Below are positions 25,534-34,692 of a stretch of 64,000 nucleotides of DNA, one piece after another. Below the pieces are notes generated by a model. That model did not search any database. It saw only the letters and a list, made by a program, of their open reading frames with translations, and was not told the origin of the DNA. Numbering within the stretch: the first letter of the stretch is position 1; each line of letters begins with the position of its first letter. The position numbers and the translations under genes are program-made. This stretch comes from Candidatus Woesearchaeota archaeon (GTDB lineage Archaea > Nanobdellota > Nanobdellia > Pacearchaeales > GW2011-AR1). Location: positions 74,137 to 138,136 of the forward strand of contig CAZOEF010000003.1 of the NCBI GenBank assembly GCA_964578845.1. Direction: 5' to 3'.

Positions 25534-26418
25534 TTAAACTTTCGCTTCTAATTCTTTAACCAATTTCTCAGGATCAACTTCCTCTATTGCATCAATAGAC
25601 ATCTCTAGATTATTGAAATAAGTATTTGTCCTGAAATTTCCGCTGAAGAATTTCTCTTCACCTAGGATTGAATCTTTTTTCCCCTGGAACTTTTCTAATG
25701 AAGATAACTCCTCATCTGTCAGGCCCAATTTCTTAATATTCTCTCCAAACATCACTGCTCTTATAGTCTCAGTTCCGTCATCCAAAACCAAGTTCAGTAA
25801 AACTCCTTTCTTGCCGTCATTCTTAGATTCAAAATGTCTTGGTTCAAAAACTTGAACAACAACAGCTCGTATCTTCATGTTCAGTCCTGGACGAGCGTCA
25901 ACAAGGATCCCTTCAACCAGCTCCCTGTCCTTCTTCACGTTAGAAACCTTCTCAGAACTCTTCTTTATGTCTGAAAAACTAGACAAGTGTACTTCACCAT
26001 TACGAACAGCGCCATTAGCTAATTCTATAGTATCTCCTTCTTTTAGTTCGCCTTTCTCAATTAATGAGATATGGTTTACATCCCATAATACAACTCGAAC
26101 ATTAGAGGTCTCATCACCTAAAAGAAAACTTCCTATTTTTCCTTCTTTGCCGTTTTTATTATATTCCCTAATAGGAAATATTCTTGTTATCTGTCCGACA
26201 ACATTGGCTCTTTTCATTCCCTGCATTAATTCGGAAATCTTTAATTTCTCATTCTCAAAACTGATACCTAACTCGGCAGCGATAATCTGTGCAGCTCCTT
26301 CCTTAGAGATCAAGCCAGATAACTTAGCTCGTTTTGCCTCAACTCTCCTATCGATCTCATCCCTTTCAACCTCAGCAGATCTGCATATCCTATCAACAAG
26401 CTTGTCATAATTATCCAT
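25534..26418 (-). CDS. rpa: replication protein A-like ssDNA-binding protein (two OB folds)
   Basis: 294 aa. Motifs are KEGAAQIIAAELGI and the OB segment VVGQITRIFPIREYNKNGKEGKIGSFLLGDETSNVRVVLWD, followed by a second OB. Confidence 0.75.
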   Translation of the reverse strand: MDNYDKLVDRICRSAEVERDEIDRRVEAKRAKLSGLISKEGAAQIIAAELGISFENEKLKISELMQGMKRANVVGQITRIFPIREYNKNGKEGKIGSFLLGDETSNVRVVLWDVNHISLIEKGELKEGDTIELANGAVRNGEVHLSSFSDIKKSSEKVSNVKKDRELVEGILVDARPGLNMKIRAVVVQVFEPRHFESKNDGKKGVLLNLVLDDGTETIRAVMFGENIKKLGLTDEELSSLEKFQGKKDSILGEEKFFSGNFRTNTYFNNLEMSIDAIEEVDPEKLVKELEAKV

Positions 26419-26465
26419 TCAAACTTGAAAACATAATCGTTTAAAAGGATTGTTATGTTAAAAGA

Positions 26466-26996
26466 CTAATCTAATACGATATTTTCCAAGGACTTTAAGA
26501 TAAATTGTCTTGATTGAATAGAGCCTGGAGTATCTTCACCCGGAAGAGTGATTGGAATCTCTTCATAGTCATGCTGCGCCATTAACCCCTTAATAGCTTC
26601 TGGAACTGCCCTGCCATTTGGAGACTGAATACTTATTAGGGTCCTGTATCCTCTTATTGACTCCTCAGTATGGATATCCTCTTGTGAAAAAACAGGATAA
26701 AAAGTTATATGATGTAAAAATGTATCTCTATCTTGATAAAATCCAGAAGTTATCTGTATTCCTTCGCGGAAATCTACTGACCTGCCTAATAAGCCTGTAT
26801 TGATTTGAAACAAAGATACAAGGCAAAGATCCTCGTCTTCTGAGCCCAGTTTATATGGTGAACCTAAGAATTCATATTCCATTTCGTTACTTCCCGAACT
26901 GTTTACTTTTCGAACATGAGCATTCTTTATAGGTGAAGCAAAATATCTGGTCTGTGATAACCTTGTCTCCACGGATGGTAAATCTCCTTCGCCCAT
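26466..26996 (-). CDS. orphan protein, Arg>Lys (176 aa)
   Basis: Long ORF with no credible opposite-strand alternative and atypical composition. No family recognised. Confidence 0.45.
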   Translation of the reverse strand: MGEGDLPSVETRLSQTRYFASPIKNAHVRKVNSSGSNEMEYEFLGSPYKLGSEDEDLCLVSLFQINTGLLGRSVDFREGIQITSGFYQDRDTFLHHITFYPVFSQEDIHTEESIRGYRTLISIQSPNGRAVPEAIKGLMAQHDYEEIPITLPGEDTPGSIQSRQFILKSLENIVLD

Positions 26997-27087
26997 AAAA
27001 ATAGCTATTTAGCAGATATTTAAACATTATACCAATACAAAACAATCATTACACTAACTTTTATAAACCCTTGATCTAAAAACTAGT

Positions 27088-27363
27088 ATGGGTTCAGTAG
27101 TAGCGGTAATAGTGAAGATAATGCCTGATTCACCAGATGTTGACTTAGAAAAAATAAAGTCTGCTGCACAGGAAGCAATGGAGTCAGAAGGCGGGCAGAA
27201 TTTCTCTTTTGAAGAAAAACCGATAGCATTCGGCCTTAAAGCAGTATTCCTCAAGATGGCATGGCCTGAAGAGAAATCTACTGACTTAATCGAAGAAAAG
27301 CTCCAACAAATAGAGAATGTTTCTTCAGTCAATATAGAAGATTACAGAAGAGCGTTTGGCTAA
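27088..27363 (+). CDS. ef1b: elongation factor aEF-1 beta
   Basis: 91 aa with VVAVIVKIMPDSPDVDLEKI...KPIAFGLKAV. Confidence 0.85.
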   Translation: MGSVVAVIVKIMPDSPDVDLEKIKSAAQEAMESEGGQNFSFEEKPIAFGLKAVFLKMAWPEEKSTDLIEEKLQQIENVSSVNIEDYRRAFG

Positions 27364-27451
27364 GTCTCAATTGTAGTCCTTTGGACTCTTAATGATAATT
27401 ACAGAAAGGCTTTAGGTTAAAATATAAATAATCTTTTTTCTAAGAAATTTC

Positions 27452-28048
27452 ATGGCATTAACTCCAGATCAAACAAAAGAGCTAAAATCTCAATTATCTC
27501 AGCAGATACAACACTTGCCTCCTGAACAAAAAGCAGCTGCTCAGCAGCAGATAGATTCTATGTCAAATGAAGCTATTGAAGAGATGCTAAAGCAACAACA
27601 GTCAGAGACAAAAGTCTTCAGGATGATAATCTCCGGGGAGATTCCCTCAACAAAATTAGATGAAAATGATGAAGCTATAGCAGTTCTTGACAATAAGCCT
27701 ATTTCAGAAGGGCATGTTGTCATCATCCCAAAAAATCCTATAACTGAGCACAATAATGTTCCTAAAGCATGTTTTGACCTTGGGCAGAAAATAGTCGCAA
27801 AGATAATTTCAAAATTAAAAGCAAAAGATGTAAGGATCGAAACTGAATCAAAGTTTGGTGAAGTGATAATAAATTTAATACCTATCTACGACAAGCCCCT
27901 TGACCTTAAGTCGCCAAGAAAGGAAGCTTCCCAAAAGGATTTGGAGTTCATAAAAGAAAAGCTAAATAAGCCAGAAGAAAAGAAAGAAGTCATAAAGCCA
28001 AAAAAGAGATCTGCTGAAGTGATAAAGCTAAATCGTAGGGTCCCTTAA
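27452..28048 (+). CDS. HIT-fold protein with lost histidine triad and Q-rich N-terminal extension
   Basis: VFRMIISGEIPSTKLDENDEAIAVLDNKPISEGHVVIIPK is HIT-like. The HxHxHxx position reads GEVIINLIPIY. Confidence 0.5.
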   Translation: MALTPDQTKELKSQLSQQIQHLPPEQKAAAQQQIDSMSNEAIEEMLKQQQSETKVFRMIISGEIPSTKLDENDEAIAVLDNKPISEGHVVIIPKNPITEHNNVPKACFDLGQKIVAKIISKLKAKDVRIETESKFGEVIINLIPIYDKPLDLKSPRKEASQKDLEFIKEKLNKPEEKKEVIKPKKRSAEVIKLNRRVP

Positions 28049-28869
28049 CCCTTCACTAAATAGATCAATACAATGATAAAAGCAAATAAAAATGCAGGAG
28101 TGAAAGGCACTCCGTCTTTTATCCAGACTTTCTTCTTGTATTTTCTAAGTAATTTTATATCCTTAATGCTCAGCCCATGAACGCTTTTCTTGATTAGTTT
28201 GTTTCCTACTTTAACATCTTTTTCAAGCCATTCCCCTTCACTTAATTCCTTAGCGTCTTTCAATATAATCATGCAGCTTTTCTCTAATGCCTTAGTATAA
28301 AAGAACAGCAAAGGCATCAGGAATATTATTATCCCAAACCACCAAAAAGCATTGAGTGAGCCTAAAAATAATAATATCAATTCAAATAATATAGCTAAAA
28401 CAATAACAGAATAAAATATCCCCTTTCGTTTATTGAATTCGCTCTTGAAGTCTTTTATGAATTTCTTCTTGTTTCTTGGAATAAGCATCAGGCTATAGAA
28501 CAATGTGTAAATAGCCCCTGCGCTGAATAATAGCAGAATAAACCCGAATCCCAAATATAAATAATCTCCCAGCATTTCATAAGGCAATACTCCTCCTAGG
28601 CCCATTAGTAACTTAGCATCTCCTCCTGCAAACACCCTTCCATAATAGAACATGTAAGCAAGCCCCACAAATAATAATATCCCTCCTGCCCCGTAAACAA
28701 AGAACATCAAGTCTTTTGTATAAACAGAATAAAAAGCCCTGTAAGCTAGTACTATAGCTATCAGGGAAAAATTAAGCCAGTTTGAGACTTCGCGTGTCCT
28801 TAAGTCCTGGGCAACAGCGAAGATTATCCATATAAAAGCCAAAGTGAACAGGAAATAGTACTCTTGCAT
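28045..28869 (-). CDS. archaeal type IV prepilin/preflagellin peptidase (A24, PibD/FlaK/EppA-like)
   Basis: 274 aa and polytopic. The first Asp is in AQDLRTREVSN and the second in FAGGDAKLLMG. Confidence 0.75.
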   Translation of the reverse strand: MQEYYFLFTLAFIWIIFAVAQDLRTREVSNWLNFSLIAIVLAYRAFYSVYTKDLMFFVYGAGGILLFVGLAYMFYYGRVFAGGDAKLLMGLGGVLPYEMLGDYLYLGFGFILLLFSAGAIYTLFYSLMLIPRNKKKFIKDFKSEFNKRKGIFYSVIVLAILFELILLFLGSLNAFWWFGIIIFLMPLLFFYTKALEKSCMIILKDAKELSEGEWLEKDVKVGNKLIKKSVHGLSIKDIKLLRKYKKKVWIKDGVPFTPAFLFAFIIVLIYLVKG

Positions 28870-28919
28870 TCCTTGAAAAAAAGACTAATCTTTATTAATG
28901 TTTACGCCTTTCTTGGGCA

Positions 28920-29897
28920 ATGGAAAAAGAGCGCCTTAAAAAATATCTTCCTGTGACTATCACTTTAGTCTTGGTCGCTTTATCTCTCTATATAATTAAA
29001 GATTTTATTGTCGCATTGATCTCAGCTTTTGTATTGGCTTTCTTAATAAGGCCTGTTTATAGCAGGATAAATAAAAGACTGCCTTCATGGCTTTCTGCAA
29101 TAATCTCTATTTTAATAATCATAATAATAATTATGATACCGGTGGGAATTGTTTTCGGGGCTGGAATTGCCCAGTTATCCCAGGCAGTAAGTTCAGGAAC
29201 AATAACTGAATTGATAGGCAAACTGAATAACCTTCCTATATTGGATAAATTTAATATTCCTGCAGCTGAGTTGACTCAGAGAGCTATCAGCCTGTTTGTT
29301 GCATTTTTGACAGAAGCTTCAGCAAGAATACCTTTGTTGATTATAGCACTATTTATAATAGTCTTCGGAACTTATTACTTCCTGGTTGATTGGGACAAAT
29401 TAGTAAAAAGTATCCAGCAATATCTTCCTGTAAAAGATAAGAAAAGGTTCTCTAAGGATATCTCAGAGACAACAAAGAATATTGTTTATGGGTCGTTTTT
29501 AGTTGCAGTGATAGAGTTATTAGTTGCTGCGATAGGGTTCTGGGTTTTAGGAATACCTAATACATTAGTCTATTCAACTCTTATAGCGATATTTGCTTTT
29601 GTCCCTGGCTTAGGCCCCATGCTTGTTTGGATACCTTTGGCAATATGGCTGTTTATCCAGGCATCTTATTTCAAGCTCATAGGAGTGATAGTCATAGGCT
29701 TGATCTTATCGTTCTATGTTGACCAGATACTTCGCGCTCAGATAACTGCTTCTAAATCTAAAATACATCCATTCATTATGCTAATAGGCATAATTGGTGG
29801 AGTCGCTGTTTTCGGCATATTCGGCTTCATCATAGGCCCGATCATCTTGGCCTACACAATAAAACTAGTGGAAGAAATACTTCAGTCTAGTAACTAA
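28920..29897 (+). CDS. AI-2E (PerM/UPF0118) family transporter
   Basis: 325 aa and polytopic, with FAFVPGLGPMLVWIPLAIWLF. Confidence 0.8.
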   Translation: MEKERLKKYLPVTITLVLVALSLYIIKDFIVALISAFVLAFLIRPVYSRINKRLPSWLSAIISILIIIIIIMIPVGIVFGAGIAQLSQAVSSGTITELIGKLNNLPILDKFNIPAAELTQRAISLFVAFLTEASARIPLLIIALFIIVFGTYYFLVDWDKLVKSIQQYLPVKDKKRFSKDISETTKNIVYGSFLVAVIELLVAAIGFWVLGIPNTLVYSTLIAIFAFVPGLGPMLVWIPLAIWLFIQASYFKLIGVIVIGLILSFYVDQILRAQITASKSKIHPFIMLIGIIGGVAVFGIFGFIIGPIILAYTIKLVEEILQSSN

Positions 29898-30058
29898 TCC
29901 TTGTTCTTACTATCTTGAACATTTGAAGACCTGTATTTTCCGCCCTTTTTATAGACATTTTGTTTTCTTTTCTTCCTTTTGTCATTCTTGCTCTTTCGCT
30001 TTCCGCCTGTTGCATAGTCATTAGACATAATATTTCTAAGAACTTAAAGTTTAAAAAT

Positions 30059-30475
30059 CTAATACTCGCCGCAGGTTTTACTTCCTGTGCTGGTTATTAT
30101 CTCTGTATCTGCATTCTTATCCTCGCAGAATCTTACTGCCTCGGCTTCTACTGTCTGGGCATTGCAGCTAATACTTGAAGTATCTACATCATATTGCTCA
30201 CTTAAGACAGTCTTAATAGTTGAATACTCGCAATTCACAAAAGTATCTTCATCAAGTTCCCTGAATTGATAGCAATAACTGGTTATCAAAGATTGTTCTG
30301 CAGCAGCCTTGCAGACTTGTACAGCAGATTCTAATTCAGTCGGAAGCTGATCAGTCTGGTCAAAGAAATAACTAAAGGCTCTGGTAAACCCTAATATCAG
30401 AGCGATTAATACGACAACTCCTAAAACAATCAGTATAATAGTCCCAACACTTAAGTCAATAGCTCCTCTTTTCAT
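30059..30475 (-). CDS. pilin-like protein with class III signal peptide, 6-Cys domain (paralog A)
   Basis: MKRGAIDLSVGTIILIVLGVVVLIALILGF. It shares FDQTDQLP..LESAVQ.C...SYCYQFRE with 30503..30979. Confidence 0.7.
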   Translation of the reverse strand: MKRGAIDLSVGTIILIVLGVVVLIALILGFTRAFSYFFDQTDQLPTELESAVQVCKAAAEQSLITSYCYQFRELDEDTFVNCEYSTIKTVLSEQYDVDTSSISCNAQTVEAEAVRFCEDKNADTEIITSTGSKTCGEY

Positions 30476-30502
30476 GATGTAACAAAGATACTAGAGTTTA
30501 AA

Positions 30503-30979
30503 TTAACTCCTGAAAGCATCTTCTCCAGCTGCTCCATTATCCTGATTAGTTGTACCATCAGAAACCTCAGGACATGAATAAGTACTATCTGCAATGATTC
30601 TTACCTTAGCTCGGTCATCTTCATCAATAGTGTTGCAGAACCGTGTTATTTCATTATTTAACGATTCACAGCTGATTTGAGGGATATTCACATCTTCATT
30701 TCTTAGAGCTTCCTGAACTCTTGAATCCTGGCAGTTAATATATTGATCATTACCTATTTCCCTGAATTGATAGCAATAACTAGTTGTTAAACTTCCCTGG
30801 GCAGCGACCCTGCATCCCTGCACAGCAGACTCTAGTGCCTGAGGCAATTGATCAGTCTGCCTGAAAATAAAATCAAATGCTCCTGTGAATCCTAACACCA
30901 GTACAACTAAGACTACAACTCCTAATATGATCATTAATAATGTGCCTAGACTTAGTCCTTCCTGTCCCTCTTTATTCAT
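30503..30979 (-). CDS. pilin-like protein with class III signal peptide, 6-Cys domain (paralog B)
   Basis: MNKEGQEGLSLGTLLMIILGVVVLVVLVLGF. It is a tandem paralog of 30059..30475. Confidence 0.7.
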   Translation of the reverse strand: MNKEGQEGLSLGTLLMIILGVVVLVVLVLGFTGAFDFIFRQTDQLPQALESAVQGCRVAAQGSLTTSYCYQFREIGNDQYINCQDSRVQEALRNEDVNIPQISCESLNNEITRFCNTIDEDDRAKVRIIADSTYSCPEVSDGTTNQDNGAAGEDAFRS

Positions 30980-31001
30980 ATTCTTAAACAGATAATTTTC
31001 T

Positions 31002-31466
31002 TTATAAATCTTCTGAAATTATTCCAGATTCGTTGAACTTCGCTGTTAAGTCAAAATCCTGCCTTGCTTTATGCCATCCATTCTCATAGCTCACAAAGAC
31101 TCCTTCAATCTTGATCTGATAGGACTCCCCTTCATTACTCAAGGTGAAATCTCCATTCCTAATTTTGCCAAAGAAATTCCCTGCCTGGCTTAAGTTTAAA
31201 TTTCTCTCATTTGCTGTCTGGATGAAGTTCTGCCTGAAATCAGCATCCAAGTCATTGGATTCATTCACTGCTAGATTTATTGAATCAAAAAAGACTTGCT
31301 CAACATATGTCTGGCTTAATTGAATGCCCGTTATGACTTCATTTATCTCCCGCCCTTCATCAGTTAGATTTCCATCGAAATTAAGATATGTGAACCATGC
31401 TACTAATGCTAAGATCAATGCCACGAAAAACAGCATTATTGTGGGAAGGTGCCCTTGTTTATTCAT
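31002..31466 (-). CDS. pilin-like protein (class III signal peptide)
   Basis: The start is reset to MNKQGHLPTIMLFFVALILALVAWF (ATG 31464-31466). It overlaps the upstream gene by 8 nt. Confidence 0.6.
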   Translation of the reverse strand: MNKQGHLPTIMLFFVALILALVAWFTYLNFDGNLTDEGREINEVITGIQLSQTYVEQVFFDSINLAVNESNDLDADFRQNFIQTANERNLNLSQAGNFFGKIRNGDFTLSNEGESYQIKIEGVFVSYENGWHKARQDFDLTAKFNESGIISEDL

Positions 31467-31968
31467 GTTTAATCTCCATACATTCACCTTTATAATACTC
31501 CAGATAAAGGGTTTTCCCGCTTTGAGCATCGAAAAATGAAGTTTTTGTCATCAAGCCAGAATACTCAGGAAACAATTCATAATTATAAGAAGAAATATCT
31601 CCTTCAACAACTGTCCCGCCAATATACTTTAAGAAGGTAATCTCTGAGTTTTGAATAAGGATCAAACAGTTATCTTGAGGGTTAAGGATTTCAGTAAATG
31701 CCTCTCGGATAGCCTCATACTGAATGTCTCCCCTATATTCAATTATAATTGCCTCAAAGACAAACATTTCCTTGCTAATTCCATTAATATCTACATTTAT
31801 TTTATTGAAAAGTAAATCACTATTTTGAGAAAACATATCATTATCTCTTATGTTCTTCGCGTTTCCTATATTTCCTGAAATAACTACGAATACACTCATC
31901 AGAATGAACACTGCTACAAATACTACTATGCTCGTTATCGTCTGGTCTACCTGTCCTTTTTTATTCAT
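31459..31968 (-). CDS. pilin-like protein (class III signal peptide)
   Basis: MNKKGQVDQTITSIVVFVAVFILMSVFVV. It abuts the upstream gene with no spacer. Confidence 0.65.
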   Translation of the reverse strand: MNKKGQVDQTITSIVVFVAVFILMSVFVVISGNIGNAKNIRDNDMFSQNSDLLFNKINVDINGISKEMFVFEAIIIEYRGDIQYEAIREAFTEILNPQDNCLILIQNSEITFLKYIGGTVVEGDISSYNYELFPEYSGLMTKTSFFDAQSGKTLYLEYYKGECMEIKHE

Positions 31969-32403
31969 TTAATTTCTCCTTGAATCCTGGCTGCTGCCTA
32001 TTAATATTGTAAATTCTTTGCCGTTTTTCTCAATAACTCTTTCTGAGCATTTAGGAAAATCATTATTTCCTTCTGCTGCCTCAAAATAGCACTGGTTGAC
32101 AAAATCATTAACTCCCCAGAATAACATTCTATCCTTATCCTTAACAGATATAAGGTGGTTCTCTTCTATTACATTCTTATTTAAATTGCATTCTTGATAA
32201 ATATCAAACCCGTCCATAAAGAAGTCATTCTCATTAAAGCATTTCTCAACCCTGTCTGCAAGCAGATTAGCTTCTGTCTGCCTCATGTCATAACCTTTTC
32301 CATAAAAAGAATTAACCCCTAAAACTATTCCTCCTAGGATCATTGTTAATATCAGCATGAATGCAAAAAACATTATTGCTGTTTCAGCCCCTCTCCTATT
32401 CAT
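31969..32403 (-). CDS. pilin-like protein (class III signal peptide)
   Basis: MNRRGAETAIMFFAFMLILTMILGGIVLGV. It overlaps the upstream gene by 8 nt. Confidence 0.65.
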   Translation of the reverse strand: MNRRGAETAIMFFAFMLILTMILGGIVLGVNSFYGKGYDMRQTEANLLADRVEKCFNENDFFMDGFDIYQECNLNKNVIEENHLISVKDKDRMLFWGVNDFVNQCYFEAAEGNNDFPKCSERVIEKNGKEFTILIGSSQDSRRN

Positions 32404-32845
32404 TCTCGCCCCTAGCTGTTTTTACAATTTTGAAGTTTAATGTTTCAATCCCTTCTCCAACCGGTTCAAGCTTTATTATATCCTCATCAACAATTATATC
32501 CACATCATTAAAAAATGGATAACTTGTTCCCTGGCCTTGCCTTAAGCTGACTGTAACTAAATTATTCACATTATCAAAGGTAAAAATATCGCTTCTTTTC
32601 TTCTTGTTTGAGTTGGCTAATTTGACAGCTTCGCTAACATCTAAAGTTATTGTTGTTTCTTCATATGGATCAGCTGAATTTATCAGTTTAGCTAGTTGCT
32701 TCGCATAAAAGTCTTCCTTGGTAGCTGCCCCGTCCTGGAACATTGTCACCCAAGCCAGCATCCCTGCAAAAAAAACAACTACTATTATCAAATAAATTAG
32801 ATAGTTAATACCTAGGTTGCTCATCAGGCTGCCTCTTTTTTCCAT
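32396..32845 (-). CDS. pilin-like protein (class III signal peptide)
   Basis: MEKRGSLMSNLGINYLIYLIIVVVFFAGMLAWV. Confidence 0.6.
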   Translation of the reverse strand: MEKRGSLMSNLGINYLIYLIIVVVFFAGMLAWVTMFQDGAATKEDFYAKQLAKLINSADPYEETTITLDVSEAVKLANSNKKKRSDIFTFDNVNNLVTVSLRQGQGTSYPFFNDVDIIVDEDIIKLEPVGEGIETLNFKIVKTARGENE

Positions 32846-32879
32846 TCACTAAATCAGTCTAAGAGAAATATAAAGGTAA

Positions 32880-33518
32880 CTAATTCAGAGGAATGCCCTG
32901 ATCGTGCAAACCAAGGAGGGGATCATTGTAAGGTTCAGGTTCATTTAATCTTGGATTGCATGTCTTAAAATTAAGGTCGAAATCTTCAGGGGAGTTAGTA
33001 AATGTTATAGATGAGTTACCTTGTTGGGACGATATCTTAATTTCTTGCAATTTTGATCTTAAAGGTATACAATCCCTCGCCAAAATAGAGTGGAATAAGG
33101 AAGAACCTTCTCGTGTATTAGGGTTCTCCAAAGAAGGTTTAAAGTCTTCAGTATAGACCTCTATATCATTATCAACATTCTGGCAAAAGCTTTTTTTTGA
33201 TTGGCATTCATCTATTCCTCCCCCTCCCTTACAGATGCATATGCAATTATTCAAATAACACCTTTCAAGCCCTTCATCAGTATTCCATCCAGTCAAATAC
33301 CAGTTGTCCAGTCCTTGTATAGCAAAACTTCCTGTTTCCCCGCCTTCAAGATTTTCCATCTTTCCTATAACATTATTAAGAATATTCTTTGCTTTCTCAC
33401 TTTCTTCGTTTATACTTAGATCTGCGAATTTTACTACAACTAATAACAATAATCCTATGCCAATTACTGCCAAGACTATTCCCCCTAAATTATCAATAAG
33501 CCAATTTCCTTTTTTCAT
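32880..33518 (-). CDS. pilin-like protein with Cys-rich core (CYLNNCICICKGGGG)
   Basis: The start is reset to MKKGNWLIDNLGGIVLAVIGIGLLLLVVV (ATG 33516-33518). It has an ATGA overlap with the upstream gene. Confidence 0.6.
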   Translation of the reverse strand: MKKGNWLIDNLGGIVLAVIGIGLLLLVVVKFADLSINEESEKAKNILNNVIGKMENLEGGETGSFAIQGLDNWYLTGWNTDEGLERCYLNNCICICKGGGGIDECQSKKSFCQNVDNDIEVYTEDFKPSLENPNTREGSSLFHSILARDCIPLRSKLQEIKISSQQGNSSITFTNSPEDFDLNFKTCNPRLNEPEPYNDPLLGLHDQGIPLN

Positions 33519-34552
33519 GGTGTGCTCTGTATGCTTCCAGTGCATAATGAATTAATATTCTGTACAGTATAAGGAACTCCTTGTACTAATGAGCAGCCAT
33601 CCCTTAAGTCTTTTTCCTCAGCTGTGGTAAATTCTCCGCAATATCCTGCCGCAGCCAATTGGTTTTGATATGTATTTAATGCAGCTCCCCCTACACCAAT
33701 GGCTGTTAACGGAACTGTAACAAATGCCTGTGGCCCCAAATATAATGCTGAGGCAATTTTGGCTGATCCTGGTACTGCAAATGTGGCTCCAACTGCTGCA
33801 ATTCCTAGATTCGCAAGTACATCAGTTACTTTAGCAGTTTTCACTTGCGCAAAGACAAAAGCAACCTGCCTTCCGTCTCCAGAGTTTAATTTGATTTCTA
33901 CATTGGCATCTTTAGTTGATTTGTTCAGGTCTTCATTTATCTGTCTCGCAGATCCAAAACTATTAGCTCCCCTATTAGTAAACGCTTCGACATATGTCAG
34001 GCTGGACCCTTGCAGAGGGATATAATTATTTTCTAAATAAGTATCAAGATCAATTAATTTAAGCGTCTCGTTGCTTATTTGATCATCTAAAGCTACTCTT
34101 GAGCAGATAATGCAAGTGGAATCAGCATCTCCAAAACCAACTAGGTTTGTAGCTTTCCCGAAAAGATCCAGTTTTCCCTGTCCAGTCATGCTCCAGCAAG
34201 TATACATATTCTCAGCCATTATCTTTTCTATTTGTTTTGCCTTATCTATATCATCACCATTGACCTTGACAGTGACTACATTATCCTCCCCTGCAAACTG
34301 CTCGCATTCTCCCCCAAATAGCTTGTCCGTCACGCATATTTTCTGGGTTGAGCATTTCAATGGCACATTTGCTTGTGCAATAGTAGGAGCAGTAGCCCTT
34401 GTGAGTATAGAAAGCCTGCATGCCTCCATATCAGCACTGCTATCATATCCATTAAAAATTATTCCTAAAAAGACTACAATTATAACTAGGCCAATTATAG
34501 AGATTACTATTCCTATAATCTGTGTCGATGTTATCTCTCCCCTTTTCTGCAT
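33515..34552 (-). CDS. large pilin-like protein (345 aa), Cys-rich
   Basis: MQKRGEITSTQIIGIVISIIGLVIIVVFLGIIF, then a globular region with more than 10 Cys. Confidence 0.65.
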   Translation of the reverse strand: MQKRGEITSTQIIGIVISIIGLVIIVVFLGIIFNGYDSSADMEACRLSILTRATAPTIAQANVPLKCSTQKICVTDKLFGGECEQFAGEDNVVTVKVNGDDIDKAKQIEKIMAENMYTCWSMTGQGKLDLFGKATNLVGFGDADSTCIICSRVALDDQISNETLKLIDLDTYLENNYIPLQGSSLTYVEAFTNRGANSFGSARQINEDLNKSTKDANVEIKLNSGDGRQVAFVFAQVKTAKVTDVLANLGIAAVGATFAVPGSAKIASALYLGPQAFVTVPLTAIGVGGAALNTYQNQLAAAGYCGEFTTAEEKDLRDGCSLVQGVPYTVQNINSLCTGSIQSTP

Positions 34553-34582
34553 TGGAAATATAATTTCCAGGAGTTTATAACA

Positions 34583-34678
34583 TTAACCTGTGAATCTTCT
34601 GAATACAAAATAAACAACCCCTAAAGCTAATGAGAAGAATATTATCCAGAATATTATCGCTCCTAAATTCTCCCCCAT
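34583..34678 (-). CDS. possible 31-aa single-TM peptide inside the pilin operon
   Basis: Hand-translated MGENLGAIIFWIIFFSLALGVVYFVFRRFTG. It fills the only gap in the operon. The evidence is weak (size). Confidence 0.3.
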   Translation of the reverse strand: MGENLGAIIFWIIFFSLALGVVYFVFRRFTG

Positions 34679-34692
34679 TAATTCGCCCTTTT

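Noticed and set aside
25877-26410. A 177-aa plus-strand ORF antisense to the RPA gene.
   Set aside because: RPA on the minus strand has clear OB-fold motifs. The plus-strand product is Ser/Leu/Phe-rich shadow sequence.
29894-30028. A 44-aa extremely basic minus-strand ORF (MSNDYATGGKRKSKNDKRKKRKQNVYKKGGKYRSSNVQDSKNKD), and the plus-strand track ORF 29960..30178.
   Set aside because: Lys/Arg-rich frames arise easily in A-rich spacers. It overlaps the AI-2E gene stop and has no recognisable family. The plus-strand ORF overlaps the pilin gene antisense. Neither is reported as a feature.
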